Assembly: GCF_044704955.1 (NCBI RefSeq)
Contig: NC_092003.1
Location: 4,216,001-4,280,000 of the forward strand
DNA length: 64,000 bases
Reading direction: 5' to 3'
Source of the DNA: Pristiophorus japonicus
Lineage: Eukaryota
Position numbers and translations under genes: made by a program. How positions within the stretch are numbered: the first letter of the stretch is position 1; each line of letters begins with the position of its first letter. A model generated the notes under the pieces. It saw only the letters and a list, made by a program, of their open reading frames with translations, had not been told where the DNA came from and did not search any database. This document shows positions 24,464 to 36,540 of the stretch, in pieces.

Positions 24464-24734
24464 ATCATAACACCCGTCTTTGTTTCAAGCTCTTCTCACA
24501 AGAAAGACCTGTGGACTTCTACAACAATGGCATCTGCGATTTCGGAGGTAGCCCTGGAAAGTAAACGCAACAAAGCAGTGCTGCTGTAGAGAAGCTGAGA
24601 GCTGCATAAAGCGTGGGTTTTGTCTGGCACCTCTGGCGGCAGCATTGTTCTTGATGGGTAAATAGAAAAGCTGAGCCTTGCATTTCTCCCGACTACTGGT
24701 GGGCTGAGGGCGTGCGGGCCACCACTGAAGTTAA

Positions 24735-25185
24735 AGAACATAACAAATAGGAGCAGGAGTAGGCCATTTGGCTCCTCGAGCCTGCTCCACGATTCAATTG
24801 CTGATCTGATCTTGGCCTCAACTCCACTTTCCTGCCTGTTCCCCATAGCCCTTGACTCCCCTGTAATTCAAAAATCTGTCGATCTCCAACTTAATATATT
24901 CAATGGCTCAGCCTCCACAGCCCTCTGGGGCAGAGAATTCCAAAGATTCACCACCCTCTGAGAGAAGAAATTCCTCCTCATCTCTGCCTTAAATGGGCTG
25001 CTATGCCCCCTAGTTCTAGATTTTCCCACGCGGGGAAACTTCCTCTCTGTATCTACACTGTCAAGCCCCCTCAGAATCTTATATGTTTCAATAAGATCAC
25101 CTCTCATTCTTCTAAACTCCAATGACTATAGGCCCAATCTGCTCAACCTTTCTTCATAAGACAACCGTTTCATCTCGGGAATTAA
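24735..25185 (-). mobile_element. CR1 LINE, 3' fragment
   Basis: EFRRMRGDLIETYKILRGLD...RVVNLWNSLPQRAVEA remnant and CR1 tail. Confidence 0.88.
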
Positions 25186-25303
25186 CTTTTCCTGATGCAC
25201 AGGTCTGTATAGACTTTACTCATCCATTGAGGAAGGAAGGTGACCAAAAATGAAGTCACAAATTGCAAACGACTGTACAGGTATAACTCTGTGTACATAC
25301 ATT

Positions 25304-26577
25304 GGACTCAATTTTCCCCAAAGCTGTTTTTTGCTGTACTTGAAGAGTTACGCCCGTTTTTTGCTGGGCCCAACTACGCCAAAAAAAAATCATTCCACTT
25401 TCCCCGTTTGAATTGTTCATTTTGACGTTGCCCAGCCTGTCCTTTAGCTTTGGGGGTGGAGCCTAAGATCTGCGCCAAAAAGAACGCACGGTAACCAGGA
25501 ACACATTGCGGGCTAAGGCTGGAAAGTGACACATATAACACACTCTGGCTAGCTCACAGCAACCTGCACAAGCACCTTGCACATTGCAGCAGCGTTCCAT
25601 CATTAAATTATTAAAGTGCACCCCCTGCCCCCCACCCCTGGTGCCGGTGCCGCTCCTAACCCTGGCTGAAAGGCTTCCCTCCCCTCCCGGTGCCGGTTAC
25701 TGCTGCTAGCCCTGGTCGAAGGGCCTCCCGGTGCCGGTCACCGCTGCTAGCCCTGGTCAAAGGGCCTCCCGAGCCGGTCACCGCTGCTGGCCTGGTCGAA
25801 GGGCCTCCCGGTGCCAGTTACTGCTGCTAGCCCTGGCTGAAGGGCCTCCCGGTGCCGGTTACCGCTACTAGCCCTGGTCGAAGGGCCTCCCCGTGCCGGT
25901 TACCGCTGCTAGCCCTGGTCAAAGGGCCTCCCGGTGCCGGTCACCGCTGCTAGCCCTGGTCGAAGGGCCTCCCGGTGCCGGTCACCGCTGCTAGCCCTGG
26001 TCGAAGGGCCTCCCGGTGCTGGTTACTGCTGCTAGCCCTGGCTGAAGGGCCTCCCGGTGCCGGTTACCGCTGCTAGCCCTGGTCGAAGGGCCTCCCCCTC
26101 CCGATGCTGGGTGCTGCCGCTAGCCCTGGCCAAAGGGCCGCCACCTCCCTATGCCGGTTACCGCTCCAAACTCTGGCCGAAAGACTTCCCTCCCCTGCCA
26201 GTGCCGGTTGCTGTTCCTGACCCTGACCGAAAGGCCCCCGCCCCCCCACTCCTCTGCTGCTGTCCGGGCCATGGAATTGCATCTGCTGTGCTGATTTTCT
26301 TAACTGCGCGATTTTCTTAACTGCCCAGAAGGTTTTTCCACAATGATCACAAATGCTGTTTTAAGAAAAATTGGAGTAAATCGGAGCTGGCCAGAATTGG
26401 CGCAGGTGGCAGGTTACGCCCCCCAATGAAACAAAAAACAACTAACCTAAAAAAAATTGTAACAAACTGAGTTACACTGACGCACAATCTCTGGGGAAAC
26501 TTGGATATTTTAATTTAGGCCAAAAAATATGGTGTCCGCCAAAAAAACGGCGCAGATAACTGGGGAAAATTGAGCCC
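25304..26577. mobile_element. Non-autonomous PIF/Harbinger-like DNA transposon
   Basis: TIRs GGACTCAATTTTCCCCA / TGGGGAAAATTGAGCCC; 3-bp TSD att. Confidence 0.8.
25637..26240. repeat. 41-bp GC-rich minisatellite inside the MITE
   Basis: Unit CCGGTGCCGGTYACCGCTGCTAGCCCTGGTCGAAGGGCCTC; about ten homogeneous units plus degenerate flanking units. Confidence 0.92.
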
Positions 26578-27012
26578 ATTGGATTGTCTTTTACTCTGGT
26601 GCTGTGAAATCTGTCCAGCATTTTAATCAGGGTGGTTTCCATAGAAGCAGGAATCTAGGGTATTACAGAATTACTTCTTGAAGCAGCTCTATAATATAAA
26701 GAAGTGTCTGTTGTAACATCCCAGTTATACATTACAATCTGAATATAAGCCTGATTTTTTTTGATACATTCTCTGTGCTGTATATCCTGCAAGTCAATTA
26801 TAGAGCTGTCAATGAAAAGTGGGGGTTGGACATCTCAGATGTTCTTTATCAGAAGAATGAAGAAGCTTAACTGGTTTATATCTGTCTTGTTAACTTGGAC
26901 ATGAGTTTACAACATTGAACTTGCTCCCTGGTAAGTCTTGTAAAATTAATAGGATTTCATTCATTTGGGGGATTTTCAATTGGGTTGTCATCTTTATACC
27001 AGTAAAAGGTAC

Positions 27013-27038
27013 ATATATATATATATATATATATATAT
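27013..27038. repeat. (AT)n microsatellite
   Basis: Pure AT dinucleotide run. Confidence 0.9.
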
Positions 27039-27051
27039 TGATTGATTGATC

Positions 27052-28035
27052 GTGTCAGCTGTAATTCAGAGCTAGCATTCTCACCTATGAGTCAGAAGGG
27101 ACTTAAGCACAAAATCTAGGCTGACACTTCAGTCCAATACTGAGGGAGTGCTGCACTGTAGGAGGGGCAGTACTGAGGGAGAGCCGCACTGTCTGAGGGG
27201 CAGTACCAATGATGTGCCACACTGTCGGAGAGGCAGTACTGAGGGTGTGCCGCACTGTCGGAGGGGCAGTACTGAGGGAGTGTTGCACTGTCAGAGGGGC
27301 AGTACTGAGGGAGTGCTGCACTGTCGGAGGGGCGGTACTGAGGGAGCACCACACTGTCGGAGGGGCAGTACTGAGGGAGCGCCGCACTGTCGGAGGGGCA
27401 GTACTGAGGGAGTGCCGCACTGTCGGAGGTGCCGTCTTTCGTTAAACTGAGACCCCGTCTTCCCTCTCGGGTGGATGTAAAAGATCCCACGGCCACTATT
27501 GGAAGAAGAGCAGGGGAGTTCTCCCCAGTGTCCTGGTCAACATTTATCCCGCAACCAACATCGCTGAAACAAATGATCTGGTCAGTATCTCAATTCTTAC
27601 AGGGCTTGACAGGGTAGATGCAGGGAGGATGTTTCCTCTGGCTGGGGAGTCTAAAACCAGGGGTGTCACAGTTTCAGAATAAGGAGTCACTCATTTAGGA
27701 TTGAGATGAGGAGAAATGTCTTCACTCAGAGGGTGGTGAATTTTTGGAATTCCCTATCCCAGAGGGCTGTAGCGGCTCAGTCGCTGAGTTTATTCAAGAC
27801 AGAGATCGATAGATTTTTGGATATTAAGGGAATCAAGGGATGTGGGGATAGTGCAGGAAAATGGAGTTGAGGTCGAAGATCAGTCATGATCTCATTGAAT
27901 ATCGGAGCAGGCTCGAGGGGCCGAATGGCCTACTCCTGCTCCTAATTCATCTGTTCTTATGCGCAAATTGGCTGCTGTGATTTCTACATTACAACAGTGA
28001 GCTCGTGAAAGGCGCTATATAAATGCAAGTTCTTT
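27052..28035 (+). mobile_element. Deu-domain SINE with 9 x 33-bp array (27135-27430), interrupted by CR1
   Basis: Head, array and Deu core, then CR1 at 27591-27960, then the SINE resumes GCGCAAATTGGCTG...GCTATATAAATGCAAG. Confidence 0.85.
27591..27960 (+). mobile_element. CR1 LINE 3' fragment nested in a SINE
   Basis: GGGCTTGACAGGGTAGATGCAGG...GGCCGAATGGCCTACTCCTGCTCCT...TTCTTAT. Confidence 0.85.
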
Positions 28036-28973
28036 TTATTATATACCTTAATGTATGATGACTTTCACAATATTATTAATGGTTTTAGATACATATAGCA
28101 GGCTATCGACAAGTGTTACTAGGCGTTTTTTTTATATTATAATGTTTGAAATGTTTGCCCCATGAGAATCATGATATTAATGCGGATGGAATATGGAATG
28201 TATTTACAGCATTGGTGCAAAATAAAGGCTTATGTTAAATAGAATGTGCAATAGTTTCATTATTAAACTGTTGCAAACTCACTTCTGTCTCACATTTTAT
28301 TATTGGAATGCTTCTGTGTGAAAGAGAAATGGTGTGGTTCGGGTTGGCAGAACAGGAATCATGTCTATAGTTCCACAAATGATGAGTTTTTACTCTCAGC
28401 TGGGGTGTTGCGGAGGAGAGATCCAGAAAATAGACGCTTTTCTCCTGAAAGTGAGTTCATCTGGGCCGTGAACGATTACGTCCCAGGAGCCAGTTCAAAA
28501 CCACAAACGTGCCAAGGAGCAGAATGCCTGTCCAACCTCTCACCTGGGGCCATGGTACAGGAACATTGTTGGGAGATAGCCCTGTAAGAATCTGACAGCA
28601 ATGTCGGTGGGACTGGAATCCTCCTCGGGAGGGAGATTTCACCAGATGCGTTTGACAGCTGCCTCTCGTGGCATGTGCGTCAGATCTGCCATCTTGGCTC
28701 AGGCATACGTTGGTTGAGCCCTCAACCTGGCAATGTCATCAAGCAAAGCCTGACTGGGGAAAGACTTCAGTCAAAATGCTGTTAGAAACATATCTGTAAT
28801 GTAAAAGGGCATCAATTGGAAAATTCAATCCCTTCAGATAACAACGCTTTAGGTTTGTGAACTAAAATTAAAATGAAATTTAGGGGTGAAATTCTTCTAT
28901 AGTTGCAACAAAGAATAGGCAGCTGAAAAAAAAGCCACTTTCGACTTAATTTTTGATGAAATTAGTGAATACT

Positions 28974-29483
28974 TAAACTTGAGGTCATCCAAAACTCGGC
29001 TGCCCGTTTCCCAGCTCGCACCATGTCCCATTCACCCATCACCCCCTGTGTTCGCTGACCGACACTGGTTCCTGGCTAAGCCTCGATTTTAAAATTCTCA
29101 TCCTTATTTTCAAATCCCTCCATGCCCCTCGCCCCTCCCTATCTCTGTAACCTCCTCCAGCCTCACAACCCCCTGTGATGTCTCTAATTCTGCCCTCTTG
29201 AGCATCCCTAATTATAATCACTCAACCATCGGTGGCCGTGCCTTCTGTTGTCTGGGCCCCAAGCTCTGGGACTCCCTAAACTTCTCCACCTCCACCTCCA
29301 CCTCGCTTTCCTCCTCTTATGTCGCTCCTTAAAACCTACCTCTTTGACCAAACTTTTGGTCATCTGTCCTAATTTCCCCTTATGTGGCTCGGTGTCAAAT
29401 TTTTTGTCTTATAATATTCCTATGAAACACATTGGGACATTTTACCACATTAAAAGTGCTATATAAATACAAGTTTGTTGTTG
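28974..29483 (+). mobile_element. L2-clade LINE, 3' fragment
   Basis: Same family and tail. Confidence 0.85.
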
Positions 29484-30109
29484 AAGGCAGAAATTTCAGT
29501 CCAGTCATTTTTTTTAAGTCAGTGAATTGTGAGTTTAACTAACAGACTGTTGATTTTAATCTGCTTTCTTTTGCCTTTTAACACGGTAAATAATGAGGGT
29601 CTGAGAGATGCTTTCTTCCACTTTTTTTTGAGCTGGTGTTTGTCACCATTATTTAAGCATTTGGCTTCCTAATTGTGATTATTATCGAAACAGCTGCTGT
29701 GTAAAATGTTTTGTCTTATCAGTGGCGCTGCTGCTGGTTTGATAAAGACCGAGATAAACATGTTAATGGTGATTGATGAGAGTGATTTTCCTGACGGGGT
29801 TGGGTCTGAAAATTGAATGAAAATTGATTGGGTCAGTTTCCAGCATTTGCACTTAGTGAGAGGTTTGCTCATTTTCCTTTTAAGGTTTTTTTAATCCCCT
29901 TTCGCTCTCTGCTGTGCACTGTACCATGGTCACGAGGGCAAGATGACTTGATCCCACACCAATGCCAATGTAACCTTTCAGTGGGAGATACGCAAGTGTG
30001 AGCCAGAGCGAATGTCTTGCTGATTCATCCCTTCCATACTGGAGGAAGTGCATGGTTTCCAAATGAGGTATTCCTTGGGTGGCTCAACAGATATTGTGAA
30101 CTTGCTGAA

Positions 30110-30617
30110 CTGTGGCTCAGTGCCTCTGAGTCAGAAGGTTGTGGGTTCAAGTCCCATTCCAGGGACTTGAGCACACAAATCTAGGCTGACACTCCAGTGC
30201 AGTGCCGAGGAAGCCCTGCACTGTCGGAGGGGCAGTGCTGAGGAAGCCCTGCACTGTCGGAAGGGCAGTGCTGAGGGAGCCCTGCACTGTCGGAGGTGCC
30301 GTCTTTCGGATGAGACGTTAAACCGAGGCCTTGTCTGCTCTCTCAGGTGGATGTAAAAGATCCCACGGCCACTATTTCGAAGAAGAGCAGGGTAGTTCTC
30401 CCCGGTGTCCTGGGGCCAATATTTATCCCTCAACCAACATCACTAAAACAGATGATCTGGGTCATTATCACATTGCTGTGTGTGGGAGCTTGCTTTGCGC
30501 AAATTAGTTGCTGCGTTTCCCACATTACAACAGTGACTGCACTGCAAAAGTACTTCATTGGCTGTGAGGCGCTTTGAGGTTGTGAAAGGCGCTGTAGAAA
30601 TGCAAGTCTTTCTTTCA
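30110..30617 (+). mobile_element. Deu-domain SINE with 3 x 33-bp units
   Basis: Head TGTGGCTCAGT...GGTTCAAGTCCC, core and tail. Confidence 0.88.
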
Positions 30618-30997
30618 ACACAAAGCACTCTGCCACACTACCTGCAGCAAATTTCTTGTCTTTGCTTCAAATACATTTTCACTGTTACCTGAAAAAGTTA
30701 TTTTTACCCAAGTCACCCTGTAAATGCCTGACCTAAGATGGCCCAACGAACGTTTATATCTCTTGAGACGCAGCTTCTGATGTGGCATAATGATTACACA
30801 TGCTGCAGATATCATTTTATTTCATATCCAACCAATCAGAATTTTCTTCTGACTTTTCACATGGATTTCGGTGACAGAAAAGTTAGTGTGCAGCAATTGA
30901 TACAAACACAGATTTACTCTACTGGGTACTTAAGTATATATATATATATATATTTTTTTTTTAACAGTGCCAACAACAACCACTTGCGTTTATATAG

Positions 30998-31136
30998 AAG
31001 CAAAAAGCAAAATTATATGGATGCTGGCATTCTGAAAGAAAAACAAAAAATGCTGGAAACACTCATCAGGTCAGGCAGCATCTGTGGCGAGAGAAACTAC
31101 TTTAACGTTTCAGGTCGATGACCTTTCATCAAAACT
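30998..31136 (-). mobile_element. Penelope-like element terminal fragment with hammerhead relic
   Basis: Reverse complement of the 53290-53430 tail; TTGATGA-stem II-GAAACGTT core. Confidence 0.7.
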
Positions 31137-31185
31137 CTCACCAGACCATGTCGCGGGGTACATATGCACCTATGAGGGCACACGT

Positions 31186-31703
31186 CAATGTTCCTGTTAA
31201 GCTGTGCGGCCGCGTGGCAGTCTTAAGGTCCCGCACAGACCGCTTGTCGGCTTTTAAATGGAAAAAAACGCGCACGTGCGATAATTTCATATAATGCCTT
31301 TAGCGTAGTGAAACGTCCCAAGGTGTTTCACAGGAGTATCATGAGACAAAAAATTTGTCATTGAGCTGCATAAGAAGAAATTAGGGCAGGTAACCAAAAG
31401 CTTGATCAAAGAGGTAGGTTTTAAGGAACATCTTGAAGGAGGAAAGGTAGGCCGAGAGGCGGAGAGGTTTCGGGATGGAGTTGCAGAGCTTGGGGCCCAG
31501 GCATCAGAAGGTACGGCCACCAATGATTGAGCGATTATAATCAGGGATGCTCAGGAGGGCAGAATTGGAGGAGCACAGACATCTCGTGGGTTTGTGTGGC
31601 TGGAGATTACAGAGATAGGGAGGGACGAGGCCATGGATTTGAAAACAAGGGTGAGAATTTTTAAAGGAGCCGTGCACCCAAAAAAAAGTTTGCAGGAACA
31701 CAG
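31186..31703. mobile_element. hAT-like MITE interrupted by an L2 fragment (31289-31660, minus strand)
   Basis: Ends CAATGTTCCTG / CAGGAACACAG; resembles an inverted sibling of 60951-61106; partial 8-bp TSD gcacacgt/gcacatac. Confidence 0.6.
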
Positions 31704-31842
31704 GCACATACAATCTTCCCCCCCCCCCCCACCCCAATTTTTGCCCCTTGCTAGTTTCAATCGCTGGGCACCATACCTCCTACTTCCAGGTCACCACTAA
31801 TGGCTGAGCTACTGGACATCATGAGGTGTTACCTCTGTAACA

Positions 31843-32502
31843 TCGCCCCGCCCTTGCCTCAGCTCGTCCGCTGCTGAAGCCCTCATCCATACCTCTGTTA
31901 CTTCTAGACTCTAGACTTCTAGACTTGACTATTCCAACATTCTCCTGGCTGGCCTCCTACATGCTACCCTACGTAAACTAGAGGTGATCCAAAATTCAGC
32001 TACCCGTGTCCTAACTCGCACCAAGTCCCGCTTCTCCCATCGCCCCCTGTGCTCGCTGACTGCTCGCTGACCTGCATTGACTCCCGGTTAAGCAATGCCT
32101 CGATTTCAAAATTCTCGCCCTTGTTTTCAAATCCCTCCATGGCCTTGTCCCTCCCTATCTCTGTAATCTCCAGCCCCATAACCCCACGAGATGTATGTGC
32201 TCCTCAAATTCTGCCCTCTTGAGCATCCCTGATTATAATCGCTCAATCATTGGTGGCCGTGCCTTCAGCTGTCTGGGCCCCAAGCTCTGGAACTCCCTCC
32301 CTAAACCTCTCCGCCTCTCTACCTCCCTTTCCTCCTTCAAGATGCTCCTTAAAACCTACCTTTTTGATCGAGCTTTTGGTTACCTGCCCTAATTTCTTCT
32401 TATGCAGCTCGATGGCAAATTTTTTGTCTCATAATACTCTTGTGAAGCACCTTGGGAAGTTTCACTACGTTAAAGGCGCTATATAAATACAAGTGATTGT
32501 TG
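31843..32502 (+). mobile_element. L2-clade LINE, 3' fragment
   Basis: LIHTSVTSRL...DYSNILLAGL and GGRAFSCLGPKLWNSLP remnants; L2 tail. Confidence 0.9.
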
Positions 32503-32921
32503 TGTGTGAGAATGGATTGGCGCTGAGTCCCCATCTCACTTTCCCTCCCCCTTTATGGGGAGATGACTGGCTTCTACTCTGCACATTCCTGGAGCAATAG
32601 GGATGAGTTTGCGAACTCAGTGGAGTGGAGGATTAAATATGTGTGTCACGATGTGTGTCGTGATCCAAGGCACAGAGGCCTGCAACCTTTTGCCAAGTCA
32701 AATTCAACAGAGTAGGAATGAAGCAAATGATGAGTTCAAAGCTTGAATTTTGATGAATATTAATTGAAAACCTTAATGGTAATATCTTCATCTTGTGAGT
32801 CATAGAAAATAAAGATTCAAACAGCCATCTGTTGTAAAAGACAGACTTGAAGGAATGGAAATTACCCTGCGCCTTCTTAAATTAATGTGTTCAGCTGAAA
32901 TTCTTGTTGTTAATTGGGTTA

Positions 32922-33405
32922 ATTAGCTTGGGGTCAGTCGTGCAGGGATATCTTTGCCACCATGAAAGTGTCCGTCTTGTCTCAGAGGTCGAGCCAGAAA
33001 GTCCTGGGTTGAAGCCCCATTGCAGGACTTGAGCATGTAATTTAGGCTGAGGCGCCAGTGCAGTGCTGAGCGAGTGTTGCGTGGCTAGAGGTCCTGTGTT
33101 TCAGATGAGACGTTAAACTGAGACCCTTCTACCTCGGGTGAATTAAAAAGAAAAATGAAATGGCACTATTTGAAGAGGAGCAGGGGAGTTGGCCTGTCAA
33201 TATTCAATATTCAACTTTCAACCAACCCCATCAAAACAGGCTAACTGGTCATTCATCTCCATACTCTGTGTGGGATCTTGCTGTGCACACGCTGGCTGCT
33301 GCATTTGCCTTCAGCATAAAGTTGCCTGCGTTTCATTGACTGGGAAGCACTGTGGGACCTCCTACGGATGTGAAAGACTGTGTGTGAATGGAAATTCATT
33401 CTTTT
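32922..33405 (+). mobile_element. Older diverged Deu-domain SINE
   Basis: Degenerate but collinear head, core and tail. Confidence 0.7.
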
Positions 33406-33946
33406 CTTGTTACAGTCAACCACATTAAAGACTAGTTAAAATAACACAAAATGTAACTCCCACTTGGTGACTATTTTAGAAATTTAAAGACTGCTTACTC
33501 AAGAACCAGATGGTAGAACACATCGTACAACCTTTATTCCCTCTCGTGTTTAAATGTTCTGTGTTTTTTCCCCACAGCACAGTTTTCAGTTTGGCTCCAG
33601 GGGTGTATCCGGAGATGGAAACAGGTGATACAAATGGCCATTCTGCAATACAGTTTGCAGTCTGGGGTGCCTTGCCAATTTAATTTTACTTTTGACAGTG
33701 GGCGACCACTTGTTTACGCACCTCCCCAAGATAGTTTAATTGTCAACAATGCACACGGGCCATCATGAGTCTCTCATATACTTCTGTCTCCTCTCGCCCG
33801 TCGCCCTGCCCAAATAAATCGCCGCTGTTCATGCCAGATCACGCTCGATCAGCGGGCCACATCGTTCGCATACCCGACGCAAGACTCCCAAAGCGCTCTA
33901 CACGGCAAGTAGAGTCCCAGGTGGGTAGAGGAAACGCTTCGGGGAC

Positions 33947-34017
33947 ATGGCGGTCTAAGGCGCTGCGTTCAGCTCGCAGTCTCCTCTGGTGGTGTGCGTT
34001 CGAATTCCACTTTGACA
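33947..34017 (+). pseudogene. tRNA-Leu(CAG) pseudogene or fragment, 5'-truncated
   Basis: GCGGTCTAAGGCGCTGCGTTCAG(C)TCGCAGTCTCC...GTTCGAATTCCACT-TTGACA matches the recalled vertebrate tRNA-Leu-CAG; anticodon at 33970-33972; 5' acceptor strand missing; no CCA. Confidence 0.9.
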
Positions 34018-34142
34018 GCGGGCGGCCGAGGGGGTTGTTCAGCCTGACTACCTGCCTCTTTTCCGCGGTTACATCCAAGCCAGGGTGTCCCTGGAGATGG
34101 AGCATACGGTGTCCACCGGTATGCTCGCGGCCTTCCACAACG

Positions 34143-34318
34143 ATGTAACGAGTAGAGTGGTCAAGGGAGAACCAGTGGATATGGTGTATTTGGACTTTCA
34201 AAAGGCTTTTGACAAGGTCCCACACACGAGATTAGTGTGAAAAATTGAAACACATGTTATTGGGGGTAATGTATTGACATGGTTAGAGAACTGGTTGGCA
34301 GACAGGAAGCAAAGAGTA
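34143..34318 (+). mobile_element. CR1 RT-domain internal fragment
   Basis: Encodes KGEPVDMVYLDFQKAFDKVPH...WLENWLADRKQRVG; no CR1 tail. Confidence 0.88.
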
Positions 34319-34764
34319 GGACACCCTCAAAGCCTCCTTGACAAAGTGCAACATCCCCACCGACTCCTGGGAATCCCTGGCCCATGACTGCTCAAAGTGG
34401 AGGAAGAGCATCCGGGAGGGCGCTGAGCACCTCGAGTCCCGTCACCAAGAGTTAGCAGAAACCAAGAGTAGACATGGAAGGAGCGTGCGGCAACCCAGGC
34501 TCCCCGACCACCCTTTCCTTTAACGACTGTCTGCCCCACCTGTGACAGAAACTGTCGGTCCCGCATTGGACTCTTCAGTCACCTGAGAACTCACTTTTAG
34601 AGTGGAAGCAAATCTTCCTCGACTTGGAGGGACTGCCTATGATGATGATGATGATGATGACAAGTGATTGACAGAGTCACTTTGCAATAATTGATTGAAC
34701 ACAACTATGAGACAGGTGCATTTGAATAATGGTATCCAACTCCCCCCGCCCCCAAAATACACCT

Positions 34765-35328
34765 AGAGAAAGAAAAAGAAAGACTTGCATTTAAAAAGCG
34801 CCGCTGTTCACGACCACCAGACATCCGAGAACGCTTTACAGCCAATGGAGTACTTTTGAAGTGTAGTCACTGTTGTAATGTAAGAAACCTGGCTGCCAAT
34901 TTGTGCACAGCAAGCTCCCAGAAACAGCAATGTGATAATGACCAGAAAAATCTGTTTTTGTGATGTTGGTTGAGGGATAAATATTGGCCCCAGGACACCG
35001 GGAGAACTCTTAAAAATAGTGCCATGGGATCTTTTACGTCCACCTGAGAGGACAGACGGGGCCTCGAATTAACGTCTCAACCAAAAGATGGCACCTTTGA
35101 CAGTGCACTGCTCCCTCAGTACTGCCCCTTCGCCAGTGTGGCGCTCCCTCAGTACTGCCCCTCAGACAGTGCAGCACTCCCTCATACTACCCCTCCGACA
35201 GTGCGGTGCTCCCTCAGCACTACTCTGGAGTGTCTGCCTAGATTTTTGTGCTCCAGTCTCTGGAGTGGGACTTTAACCCACAGTCTTCTGACTCAGGTGA
35301 GTGGGCTACTCACTGAGCCACAGCTGAC
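34765..35328 (-). mobile_element. Deu-domain SINE with ~4 x 33-bp units
   Basis: Full tail, core, array (35101-35225) and head. Confidence 0.85.
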
Positions 35329-36410
35329 AGAGGGTTTGAATCTGTGAATTCTGAGCAAGTGCATTTGCTGCAGTAATTGTTATAATGTCTGTATTATTTT
35401 GAATGCGCCTACTGTTAACATTTCACATTTAATATACTGCTACAAGTCCCTACCATGCATCTTTTCCACATTAATGTGACTGGTTTATCTCGTTTCCATG
35501 TTAATTCAGCATAATTGTACACATGACAAATTGGGCCAAATGAGTGCTGAGTTAAGCTCTAAACTGGCTTAAGGGGAACAGGGAAAGGTTGACAGAACAT
35601 TTGTCAAGGACATTACTGTAGCTTCTAGAACACAAGCCATTGCTAATAAAAACTTCAGAACAAATGTGTGACATTTTCGCTGTACTGTTCCCCTTGCTAT
35701 CCTTTGATATCCCCCATCCCTGCCATCATGCCAAGCCAAGCACCATTCTCTGCTACAGCCAGTGCCGTTGTCTAAGAGCTACAAAGTGTGTAACCAATTC
35801 TGGGGTACCTTTGTTATCCAATTTTCCCTCCGGCACTGAGCTTCCTCTTGGCACTTGTCGTTGACAGCCTGACTAAGATCTAGAACTCAATGTGTGGAGA
35901 ATCATGAGCATTAACTGAGATGCTGTGATCGGTGAACATTAGTAGTGTAGCAATTATGTTGCTGGTACACTAACATGGCTGTTCAACAATTACAATTCAA
36001 CAAAATATTACTACAAAGCTGTATCTCTCAACTACTATTGTACATTGAACATTTCCCTGCATTCGTGGATAAAATCTGTCTTTGATAGAAAACAAATTCA
36101 ATTACTATAAGGGCTGACTAATTGTCAGAATTTTCACAGTTGTTCTTTGTTCTTAATTTATGATACAGTTAATACAATTAATCAAAGCATTATGATTATT
36201 CAGATTTAAAAATAGGACAGGGCACCGAATACAGGTGGGATAGAAATGAAAGAAAGACTTGCACATGTGTCGTGCCTTTCATGTTTTCCAGATGTCCAAA
36301 TGCATTTTACAACTGCTGAAGTGTAGTTACTGTTATTATGGGAGGATAGAGTAGAGGTGACATAGACAATATAAAGCTTTTGATGTAGGTCGTGCACAAT
36401 GTGTAATCTA

Positions 36411-36540
36411 GTGTCAGCCAGTGGCTCAGTGGGAAGCACACTCGCCTCTTGAGTCAGAAGGTCGTGGGTTCAAGTCTCACTCCAGAGACTGAAGCACAAA
36501 AATCTAGGCTGACAGTCCAGTGTAGCACTGAGGGAGCGCC
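36411..36540 (+). mobile_element. Deu-domain SINE head only (body displaced by an inversion)
   Basis: GTGTCAGCCAGTGGCTCAGTGG...GGTTCAAGTC...GAGGGAGCGC, then an abrupt switch to CR1. Confidence 0.85.

Larger units (their letters stand above)
33840..34660 (+). mobile_element. RTE LINE 3' fragment with an internal 371-bp composite insert (33948-34318)
   Basis: AGHIVRIPDARLPK...GGQRKR-like region, KCNIPTDSWESLA, CPTC zinc-finger remnant, (GAT)n tail; collinear with 63520-63985 outside the insert. Confidence 0.9.

Noticed and set aside
27135-27430. 33-bp and 41-bp arrays as CRISPR-like arrays
   Set aside because: Units are directly adjacent with no unique spacers, lie inside a SINE or MITE, and there are no cas genes; the DNA is vertebrate.
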